NCBI GenBank assembly: GCA_049580985.1
Contig: JBAURA010000041.1
Location: 1-33,329, forward strand
Direction of reading: 5' to 3'
From: Chloroflexia bacterium
Lineage (GTDB): Bacteria > Chloroflexota > Chloroflexia > QHBQ01 > JADMIH01
DNA length: 33,329 nt
Part shown: piece after piece, positions 8,830-16,111 of the stretch
Numbering within the stretch: position 1 is the stretch's first letter
Layout: every line of letters begins with the position of its first letter
Notes under the pieces: model-generated
The model's database searches: none
Told to the model about the DNA's origin: nothing
The model's input: the letters and a program-made list of their open reading frames with translations, nothing else
Position numbers and translations under genes: made by a program

Positions 8830-10998
8830 ATGGCAGTCGAAACAGAAGACAAGATCTTAATACAACCTGAACAGGAGCCTCCGCGCTCCGACCAACCCAT
8901 GCCTGCTCCGATCAAGCGGGTGGGTGGACAAGGGAAGATTATTACATCTGTGCTTGCCCTGGTGATATTCGTTGCTATGTTCTTCCTTGCCAGCTTTCGG
9001 AGCGGCGAGGCTATCGACATCAACCACGACGAAGCCACCTACGCGATTGAGAGTGTCGCATTCCATCGTACCGGGATGACCCTCTGGAACGCACAGCCCT
9101 TCTTCGTGCACCCGCCACTCTTCTTCGTGATCGAAGGAATCTATTTCAAGGCGCTCGGCATCGGCGAAAGTCCGCTCTTTTCACGGCTCCTCGAGCGACC
9201 CATCGTTATCGGCGAGCCGTTGCTCACCCCGGAAGTGCCTCTTTCCAGCGACAACCTCTACAACGCCATCCTGGCGGGCCGGTACCTTAGCGTGGTGTAT
9301 GGCGCCCTTATCGCTACGCTGCTCTTTCTCCTCGGAAGCGCGTTTTTCAACCGGTGGGCCAGCTTGCTGGCGGCCCTGCTCTTCATGCTCGACCCATACG
9401 TCATACGCCGTACGCACTTCAACATGCTGGAGCCGCTTGCCACGCTCTTTGGCGTGTTGCTGGTTGCGGCCTACTTCTTATCACTACGGAAGGACAACTG
9501 GCGCGAGCGGCGACCCTGGCTGATCGCAGCGGGAGTGCTGTTCGGTCTCGCCCTGCTGTCCAAAGAGCTGGCCCTCATCTACTTTCCCGCCTTAGCGCTT
9601 CATGCCCTCCTTTTCCGCCGCGATAGGCTAAAAGAGCTTCTGCTTCCCCTTGTCACAGGGCTGGCCGTCTACTCCCTCTTCCCTCTGTGGGCGGCCCTCA
9701 GCGGTAGCTTCGATATCTGGTGGCAGTCTAAGACCTGGCTCTTCAGGCGCATCACCGGCTCGCTTCAGGATACAGGTATAGCGCGACCGGGTACATCGGT
9801 GGCCCGAAGCTTCAATACCAGCCTATACGACTACTGGCCCTCCTTTGTGCTGCTGGGCGCTGCTGGGCTTATCGCCCTGCTGGTCTTGTACCTCCATTTC
9901 AGGCGAGGACTTCGTGACACCCCTTTCGAATTGCTGTCGGCGCTCATCATAGGCTGCTACGCGTTCTTTGGGGCGGTTGTCGTCCTGGGTGGGGTGATCA
10001 ACGAGCAGTTCTTCTATGTGCTCATGCCCTTTGTGATGATGACGGTGGCCTACGCGGTGGTGGCAGGGCCTTATCTGCTCACCCGCCATGCTGCCGGTCA
10101 GTCCAGCCTCGTCTCAGGCGCAGGCTATGAGCGTTTGCGAGTTCCCGTTCGCACCCGTCTTGCGCAGCTTACCCAACCGGTTATCTTTTTGGGCATGGCG
10201 GCTTTGTTGGCCTTCATGTCCTTTGCATGGGTACAGCGATACGTGCTGAGCACCGACAACAGCTTCGCTCAGATAGAAGGCTACCTCAACCAGGTAGCGC
10301 CCCCAGGCTCCTCGGTTGTCGGACGTGACCCGCTGGACTTCTACCTGCTGCCCAAGAGCGTGGTCTACGCCGTCTCGTTCCTCTCCGACTTCGGAAACCC
10401 CGTTGTTCCCATGGATATTGCCGAGAGAAAGATTCCGTACGCAATTCTGAACGACCAGGCTCTATACGAGCGCTACCACGGCGCGAACGTGCCATACTAC
10501 GACTGGGTACAGCGTAATGGCAGCCTCAATTACACTTTCCCAGGCAGGTTGTGGAACACCTATGTATACAGTCTCGACTACAGCAAGCCGATCCGCTGGG
10601 ACACGATCGGTGCGGACAGTATGTCGGTGGGCAAGCCTGCGGTAGCTTCCTCTACTGAGGATGTATCGCGCTACCCGGCGCAACGTGCCTTCGACTCTAT
10701 CGCTTCCACTCGCTGGTCTTCTTTAGAGAGCGACCCTCAATGGATCTACGTAGACTTGGGCCAGAGCACCAACATCAGCCGCGTGACCCTTGCCTGGGAG
10801 CGCGCCTACGCTCGGTCTTACGAGTTGCAAGTATCGGAGAACGGGTCTGACTGGACCAGTTTCTACTCAACCGAGTCGGGTAAGGGCGCCTACGAAGTGG
10901 TCTATGCCTCCGCCAATGGCCGCTACGTCAGGTTGTGGATGACCCAGCGCGGCACCCGCTACGGCTATTCTCTGTGGGAATTATCTGTATACCCATAA
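8830..10998 (+). CDS. GT-C fold (GT39/ArnT-PMT-like) membrane glycosyltransferase with a C-terminal F5/8 type C (discoidin, CBM32-like) domain
   Basis: The N-terminal polytopic region has the first-loop acidic motif INHDEATYAIESVAF. The C-terminus AVASSTEDVSRYPAQRAFDSIASTRWSS...PQWIYVDLGQSTNISRVTLAWE...YELQVSENGSDW...GRYVRLWMTQRGTRYGYSLWELSVYP is a classic discoidin signature. Confidence 0.8.
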   Translation: MAVETEDKILIQPEQEPPRSDQPMPAPIKRVGGQGKIITSVLALVIFVAMFFLASFRSGEAIDINHDEATYAIESVAFHRTGMTLWNAQPFFVHPPLFFVIEGIYFKALGIGESPLFSRLLERPIVIGEPLLTPEVPLSSDNLYNAILAGRYLSVVYGALIATLLFLLGSAFFNRWASLLAALLFMLDPYVIRRTHFNMLEPLATLFGVLLVAAYFLSLRKDNWRERRPWLIAAGVLFGLALLSKELALIYFPALALHALLFRRDRLKELLLPLVTGLAVYSLFPLWAALSGSFDIWWQSKTWLFRRITGSLQDTGIARPGTSVARSFNTSLYDYWPSFVLLGAAGLIALLVLYLHFRRGLRDTPFELLSALIIGCYAFFGAVVVLGGVINEQFFYVLMPFVMMTVAYAVVAGPYLLTRHAAGQSSLVSGAGYERLRVPVRTRLAQLTQPVIFLGMAALLAFMSFAWVQRYVLSTDNSFAQIEGYLNQVAPPGSSVVGRDPLDFYLLPKSVVYAVSFLSDFGNPVVPMDIAERKIPYAILNDQALYERYHGANVPYYDWVQRNGSLNYTFPGRLWNTYVYSLDYSKPIRWDTIGADSMSVGKPAVASSTEDVSRYPAQRAFDSIASTRWSSLESDPQWIYVDLGQSTNISRVTLAWERAYARSYELQVSENGSDWTSFYSTESGKGAYEVVYASANGRYVRLWMTQRGTRYGYSLWELSVYP
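10597..10995 (+). other. F5/8 type C (discoidin) carbohydrate-binding domain (approximate bounds)
   Basis: TRWSS, WIYVDLG, ISRVTLAWE, YELQVS.NGSDW, GRYVRLW and YSLWELSVY appear in canonical order. Confidence 0.8.
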
Positions 10999-11003
10999 TC
11001 TGC

Positions 11004-11042
11004 AAAAAGAAAGCGCACCTACTGATGGTGCGCTTTCTTTTT
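11004..11042. terminator. Bidirectional rho-independent terminator between convergent genes
   Basis: Perfect 16-bp stem AAAAAGAAAGCGCACC (11004-11019) / GGTGCGCTTTCTTTTT (11027-11042) with a 7-nt loop. There is an A-tract on one side and a T-tract on the other. It lies 6 nt after the 10998 stop and 17 nt after the 11059 stop. Confidence 0.8.
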
Positions 11043-11058
11043 CATCTGCTCATGTCCG

Positions 11059-12483
11059 CTAAGGATACTGCGAGATCATGTAGGCATACTGTTGCAGCGA
11101 AGCCCACCGTGGGTCGGACATATCGGACTCTCGTATCCAGAGAATGCCGCTGTAGCCGTAGCTTTGCATGGCACTGAACATCCACTGCATCGTAGTACGA
11201 GGGTCTGCCCCGCCCGAAGTGTCATACGGGTTGTGGCCGACGTTCTCGGCAAAGACCTTGCGCGCGTTTTGTTGCGCCATCCAGGCGATCTGCTTGGTCG
11301 CGCTCCAGCCCCACCAGAACATATCGTTGTCGTTGCCGAAGCCGTCGCCTACGCTCGACGCCCACCACATTACGTTGGCATCGCCTGCGCCCATCATTGG
11401 CAGGGTCCTGTACCAGTAGTTGCCCGTTCCGTACCACCAAGGATCGGTGAACGTCAAGTTACTGGCGATCAACTGGTTGACCGCAATCGGCCACATGCCA
11501 CCCCCGGCAATAACCGGGGAGACATAGCCTGCGTAGTAACGCCGGATCTCGCCGAGGAACCAGTTGAACGTACTCGCCAGGTTATCCGTGTACCAGTGGT
11601 AGAAGCGCGAGCCTTCCTGGTTGGGCGAAGGCTGGCCCGGTCGCCAACCAGGTACCGGCGATTGCGCCTGTGCGGTGGCGTCATACGCCCAGAAACTCTC
11701 GGTCCGGTCGCTGTAATGAACGTTGGGATACATAAGCTCGCCGCCGAGCGGCCCAACACGCACTGCCCACAGCCTGCCCCGGAAGTTCAGGGTGGTGAAG
11801 AGCCTGTTTATGTAGGTGCTGGCGTAACCCCGCACGGTCTGGCTCCAGTAGACGTTTACGCCGCCGCGAGGGTCGATCCAACGGTTGCCGTACTGGTCCA
11901 TGAGCGGATCGATGTTCGACACCCACCCTGGCGCGTACTGCATACCCAGGTCAAGGATCAGCGTCACATCGGGGCCATATGAGACGAAAGTATCGATCTT
12001 CTGCTGGAGGGCGTTCACCGCGTCCTGGTTCCACTCGGACGGGCCACCGCGCTGGAATGCGTCCCACTCCGGCTCCAAGAGCCTGACCCGAACGCCTGCG
12101 TTGTACTCCGCTTGCAGCAACGAGGGATTGAGCGTCTCGTAAGTGCGCCCTTGCCCGACCAGCCCATACATCTTTCTGCCTGTTGACGTCGGGCTGGGCG
12201 ATGGAGCGAGAGTGTTGGTTGGGATGGGAGTGCCGGGTGCCGTAGGTATGGCAGTCGGTGTGCGGGTTGGTGTAGCGGTCGGTGTGCGGGTAGGGGTCTT
12301 GGTGGGTCGCGGTCTGTCCAACTCATCACCGTCGACCAGGGCCAACCCGGACCCTGATATGGCAAAGGAGCTGGCTTGCTGAGACCTGGCTGTGTAGCCT
12401 GTGGAGACCGGGCCAAGGAAACTGGCGAACGGCGAAAGCGTGAATAAAATGATTCCTGACAGGAAAAACTTGAGCGTCTGCAT
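11059..12483 (-). CDS. Secreted TIM-barrel-like glycoside hydrolase candidate (GH14/GH42-like) with signal peptide and Pro/Thr linker
   Basis: Signal peptide MQTLKFFLSGIILFTLSPFASFLG. Linker PTKTPTRTPTATPTRTPTAIPTAPGTPIPTNT. The motif VGPLGGELMYPNV resembles the beta-amylase GPAGELRYPSY motif. The sequence is Trp-rich. Family assignment is tentative. Confidence 0.55.
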   Translation of the reverse strand: MQTLKFFLSGIILFTLSPFASFLGPVSTGYTARSQQASSFAISGSGLALVDGDELDRPRPTKTPTRTPTATPTRTPTAIPTAPGTPIPTNTLAPSPSPTSTGRKMYGLVGQGRTYETLNPSLLQAEYNAGVRVRLLEPEWDAFQRGGPSEWNQDAVNALQQKIDTFVSYGPDVTLILDLGMQYAPGWVSNIDPLMDQYGNRWIDPRGGVNVYWSQTVRGYASTYINRLFTTLNFRGRLWAVRVGPLGGELMYPNVHYSDRTESFWAYDATAQAQSPVPGWRPGQPSPNQEGSRFYHWYTDNLASTFNWFLGEIRRYYAGYVSPVIAGGGMWPIAVNQLIASNLTFTDPWWYGTGNYWYRTLPMMGAGDANVMWWASSVGDGFGNDNDMFWWGWSATKQIAWMAQQNARKVFAENVGHNPYDTSGGADPRTTMQWMFSAMQSYGYSGILWIRESDMSDPRWASLQQYAYMISQYP

Positions 12484-12706
12484 GAGTTATGTGTGTCCTT
12501 TTAATGCGATACATGCAAGCTTTTACGACGACTACAAGAGGCAACACATTGGCTGCCGCTCGTCGCGCCCTTAGTTTACCGGACCGGCAGTTGGCACGGC
12601 AATAGCAAAATGGTCCTTGAGCCGCCATTACGACGGTCATAGGACCAAAATACGATCTACTGCGTATTGTGCGTAGCTTGCCGCTACTGCATAAACTGTA
12701 GGTTAG

Positions 12707-13897
12707 CTACGCAGAATTGGTTATGCCCAACGAGCGATAGACAGGAATCAGGGCTTCCGCCGCCGCCCTCCATGTAAATTGGCGACTGCGTGCCAACCCG
12801 GCATCGCTCAGGCTTGCTTGCCGCTCGCTGGAATCGAGTATCTGCCTGAGAGCCAGCGCCCAGGCTTGCTCATCCGTAGGTGGAGCGTAGGCTGCCGCCT
12901 CGCCCGCCACTTCCCTGAAAACCGCTATGTCGGAGCACACCACCGGTGTCCCACATGACATGGCCTCGAGCACCGGCAGTCCGAAGCCCTCGATCACCGA
13001 GGGACATGCCACCACGGTTGCCAGGTTATATAAGGCCGGTAGGTCGTCCTCCGGCACCTTGCCCAGGAAGCGCGCCCGCTCTCCCAGAACAGTTGCGGCC
13101 TCTGCCGTCTCGTCCGGGAAGCGCTCGTCGGCGTCGCCTACGAACACCAACGTGGCTCCTTCCACGTGGGCTAAGGAGCGCACGAGATGCGCGAAGTTCT
13201 TGTGCGGCCTGCGCGCACCCACCGCAAGGACGAACCCTGCTGGAAGACTGTAGCGCCAGCGCACAGTCTCGGCTAAGCCCCTATCTTCTATCTGCCGGAA
13301 CGACGGGTCTGCCGCTTCCGGTGTTACCAGGATCTTGCGTTTGGAGGCACGATAGAACCTGCGCAAATCTCTCGCCGTCGCGCGGGAGGGTACGGCTATC
13401 GCCCGCGCCCGCCTCGTGGAGGCGTGCATCAGCAACCTGTAGTAGAGGCGTGCCCAGCGTTGAGGCATATACCGGGCGTCATGCTCAAATATGCAGTCGT
13501 GGACTGTTATGATACTCTTCCTGCCCGGCAACGCCCAGGGCAAGGCAAAGTACGGACTATGATAGAGCGCCGTTGGGTGCATCTCTGCAAAGCATGCCCA
13601 GGGCACCGCCACCTGCTCCGTCAAGCTGAATACATGTGCATGCACGTCGCGGAGCACTACGGATCGCCCCGCGCTCAGGGCTGACCACTCAAACCGGCTC
13701 TCAGGCGCGCCGGGATCGCGCAGCACCGCGAAGTGTACCTCCGGTAACACCTGTATCAGCTCCTTGAGGACCTGAAAGGCGTACCTCCCGATACCATGGT
13801 AGCGGTCCTGAACATAGCGGCCATCGAACACTACGCCTGGTGTTGAGGCTGGGTGCCAAAGAGTATCGGAGCGCCCGCGCAGCTTACCCTTAATCAA
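12707..13897 (-). CDS. GT4 family glycosyltransferase (start uncertain: TTG 13897 or GTG 13834)
   Basis: VVFDGRYVQDRYHGIGRYAFQVL (GT4 N-terminus), FLGKVPEDDLPALYNLATVVACPSVIEGFGLPVLEAMSCGTPVVCSD (E-x7-E). Confidence 0.85.
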   Translation of the reverse strand: MIKGKLRGRSDTLWHPASTPGVVFDGRYVQDRYHGIGRYAFQVLKELIQVLPEVHFAVLRDPGAPESRFEWSALSAGRSVVLRDVHAHVFSLTEQVAVPWACFAEMHPTALYHSPYFALPWALPGRKSIITVHDCIFEHDARYMPQRWARLYYRLLMHASTRRARAIAVPSRATARDLRRFYRASKRKILVTPEAADPSFRQIEDRGLAETVRWRYSLPAGFVLAVGARRPHKNFAHLVRSLAHVEGATLVFVGDADERFPDETAEAATVLGERARFLGKVPEDDLPALYNLATVVACPSVIEGFGLPVLEAMSCGTPVVCSDIAVFREVAGEAAAYAPPTDEQAWALALRQILDSSERQASLSDAGLARSRQFTWRAAAEALIPVYRSLGITNSA

Positions 13898-13932
13898 CGC
13901 CTACCTGCCTGTCAACCGTGGGCTAGCTGTCC

Positions 13933-15720
13933 TCACCCCGCCCATTCTAAACCAGCGCCCTGTGACACGTGGCCTCCCCATCCCTCTGTCACAATCGAGA
14001 TTACATCTTGCACATCTTGCGCACTCATCTTCTCAGGCCGGTATCCCACATCGGCATACCCACTGACGGGAACTCTGACTGCCGGTTGCATTGCATCATC
14101 GTCGATCTCTACTTGCCCGGTTACTGACGAGGCATTTGATGCCACTACGTAAGGCACACGCCTACTCTCCTCGTCCACCGAGTCCACAGCCATACCGTAT
14201 GAGTTGAGGCGAATACCCCCGAGCAGGGGCGCGATCTGGTAGGACAGCCTGTGCAGCCAGCGTCTATCCATGTCGCTGAAAGGCGGACGCTCTTCTCCAC
14301 GAGCCAGGTTCAGCACTCCTACCGTCGAGCCGGCGAAGCGGATCGGCAGCACGAGCGACGATACCAGGTCAGGCTCTGCCTCGTAAAGTGGAACCGTTTC
14401 TGGCATGCCTCCTTTTTGGACCAGCAGTGGCCTCCCTGTTTGAGCCACATGCCCTGCTATGCGCTGGCCAATCAGCAGCGACGTGTTGGCAACTACCACC
14501 GGCTTTACTCCTACGCTGGCAGCTATCCTCATTTCGTGCTCGCCTGCCGGCCATAGCATGAGCGAGGCCCTATCAGCATCGGTTTGGCGAGCTACCTCGA
14601 CCAGCCACTCCTGTAACGTTTCCGTACCGGCTTCGCCACGTCCCATGCTCAATTCCAGCAAGCGGCCAAGATAAGCTTGCTTGTAAATATCCAGATAGGC
14701 TTGTGCGGTGTGGTCCCAGTCAAAGATTAAAGCGCGCTCTTCGGCAAGCACCGATAGCTGTCGGCGCATCTCCACGTCGTCTCGCAATTGCAGAAGTACA
14801 TCTGCCAGCGCGTCGCTGTCACCGACCGGGAACGTCATGCCCGTATCGCCCACCACATCGGTAACGCCAGGGAGGCGCGAAGCCACCGGCACGCACCCTG
14901 CCGCCATTCCCTCGAGTAGGACCAGGCCGAACGCCTCTGCTTTGCGCGTCGAGGGCAGCACCAGGACGTGCGCCTTCGAGTAATAGTCGGCCAGCTCCCT
15001 ATCCGACACCGCGCCATGCAGATGGACCGAGCTTAGCCCAAGCTCCTCGGTGAGAGCAGCGAGATGTTCGCGTTCATGTCCGGTGCCCACGATATGTAGA
15101 TCGGCGTTATCGACATTGCGCCAGGCGCGCAACAACACATCCACACCCTTGTAAGGCCGCAGCTGCCCGACGAATAACACGTTGAAGCGCTCAGGCTTCC
15201 GGCTCTTGCTGCTGAACCTCGCGGCATCCACACCGAACGGTACGGCCGATACACGTCCGGGCCTGGCCACTGCCTCAAGCTGCAATGCGTAGCTGGGAGT
15301 AGAGGCTACCACATGATCTGCCAGCCGGAGCAAGCGCCGGTGCATTCTATTGTAGCTGCGTACCGTAAGCTCCAGCCCCTCAAGATCGATGTCGCAGTGG
15401 TGTGTATACACAACCGCCGACACCCCTCGCACTAACCTGCTTCCAAGCCTTCCAAGTAGAAGGGCAGCCTCGCTGAACGTGGGCACCGAACCATGTATAT
15501 GCAATATATCGTATTCTCCCAGCCTTTTCTGTATTTCGGGCCACCGTAAGCTGAGCGAGCTGAATCTGAACTCTTTGAAAGTTGCTCGTGGGATTTCGTT
15601 TGCCGAGAGTACATCTATTTCGACGCCCAACCGGCCAAGTCTTTCAGTGAGTTCTCCGGCAACCCGTGCGATCCCGCTCTTTATCGGCGGGGCCTCCGAC
15701 ACTAACATTAATACGCGCAT
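13933..15720 (-). CDS. GT4 glycosyltransferase fused to a C-terminal GAF domain
   Basis: The N-terminus MRVLMLVSEAPPIKSGIARVAGEL, LFVGQLRPYKGVD and STRKAEAFGLVLLEGMAAGCVPVAS indicates GT4. See the separate GAF domain feature. Confidence 0.8.
   Translation of the reverse strand: MRVLMLVSEAPPIKSGIARVAGELTERLGRLGVEIDVLSANEIPRATFKEFRFSSLSLRWPEIQKRLGEYDILHIHGSVPTFSEAALLLGRLGSRLVRGVSAVVYTHHCDIDLEGLELTVRSYNRMHRRLLRLADHVVASTPSYALQLEAVARPGRVSAVPFGVDAARFSSKSRKPERFNVLFVGQLRPYKGVDVLLRAWRNVDNADLHIVGTGHEREHLAALTEELGLSSVHLHGAVSDRELADYYSKAHVLVLPSTRKAEAFGLVLLEGMAAGCVPVASRLPGVTDVVGDTGMTFPVGDSDALADVLLQLRDDVEMRRQLSVLAEERALIFDWDHTAQAYLDIYKQAYLGRLLELSMGRGEAGTETLQEWLVEVARQTDADRASLMLWPAGEHEMRIAASVGVKPVVVANTSLLIGQRIAGHVAQTGRPLLVQKGGMPETVPLYEAEPDLVSSLVLPIRFAGSTVGVLNLARGEERPPFSDMDRRWLHRLSYQIAPLLGGIRLNSYGMAVDSVDEESRRVPYVVASNASSVTGQVEIDDDAMQPAVRVPVSGYADVGYRPEKMSAQDVQDVISIVTEGWGGHVSQGAGLEWAG
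14161..14613 (-). other. GAF small-molecule-binding domain (approximate bounds, aa ~370-520)
   Basis: LQEWLVEVARQTDADRASLMLWPAGEHEMRIAASVG...IGQRIAGHVAQTGRPLLV...SSLVLPIRFAGSTVGVLNLARGEE.PFSDMDRRWLHRLSYQIAPLL matches the usual GAF pattern. Confidence 0.7.
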
Positions 15721-16074
15721 GGCTTCTTCTTTCTACATCGCGGACTGCAATGCAGTGGCCCTGCGCGGAAGGTATGCATGTGCAGTCGGTGCTGTGATGG
15801 AATGGTATGAAGCAGTAGACGCCCAACTGCACTCGTGTTATCTAAAGCAAGGTATGTGCCAGATGGTATTGCCATCAGAATCGACAGCCCGGTAGAGGTA
15901 CATCCACTGGCTCTTCACTTTTATGTAAGTCTCATCTACTAGCGAGGAGTCGTTCGTGGTCCTCAGTTTGGCCTGGCGTTTCTTCGCTAAGACAGGAGGA
16001 AAGTGCTAAACCCACCAAAAGATAGTAATATAGTATATTGAGAGACATCGCTCTACCATCATTTCTTCCAGCTC
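15721..16074 (-). pseudogene. IS6-family (IS26/IS240-like) DDE transposase relic with an in-frame stop, a frameshift and truncated ends
   Basis: My own minus-strand translation of 16074->15838 gives ELEEMMVERCLSIYYITIFWWV*HFPPVLAKKRQAKLRTTNDSSLVDETYIKVKSQWMYLYRAVDSDGNTIWHIPCFR*. This parallels IS26 Tnp ...ELQEMLAERGVNVDHSTIYRWVQRYAPE...DETYVKVNGRWAYLYRAIDSRGRTVDF. The in-frame TAG is at 16006-16008. A shifted frame at 15721-15832 gives ..HHSTDCTCIPSA..VRDVERRS, resembling the ..NTDKAPAYG..SDVEHRQ region. Confidence 0.7.
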
Positions 16075-16111
16075 TCATGCTTTCACTTTGACCAACCAGA
16101 AGGAGGAGGAG

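Noticed and set aside
11092-11982. 296-aa plus-strand ORF
   Set aside because: It is antisense to the secreted hydrolase-like gene, which has a signal peptide, a PT linker and a Trp-rich catalytic region. The plus-strand product is Arg/Pro/Val-rich low-information sequence, and the bidirectional terminator at 11004-11042 fits the minus-strand gene.
12647-12670. Weak hairpin ATACG-N8-CGTAT followed by TTTT on the minus strand, as a terminator for the GT4 gene
   Set aside because: The stem is only 5 bp and AT-rich. That is too weak to call from sequence alone.
16088-16111. TTG start for the peptidase gene
   Set aside because: The sequence AGGAGGAGGAG within these codons is an ideal RBS for the ATG at 16112.
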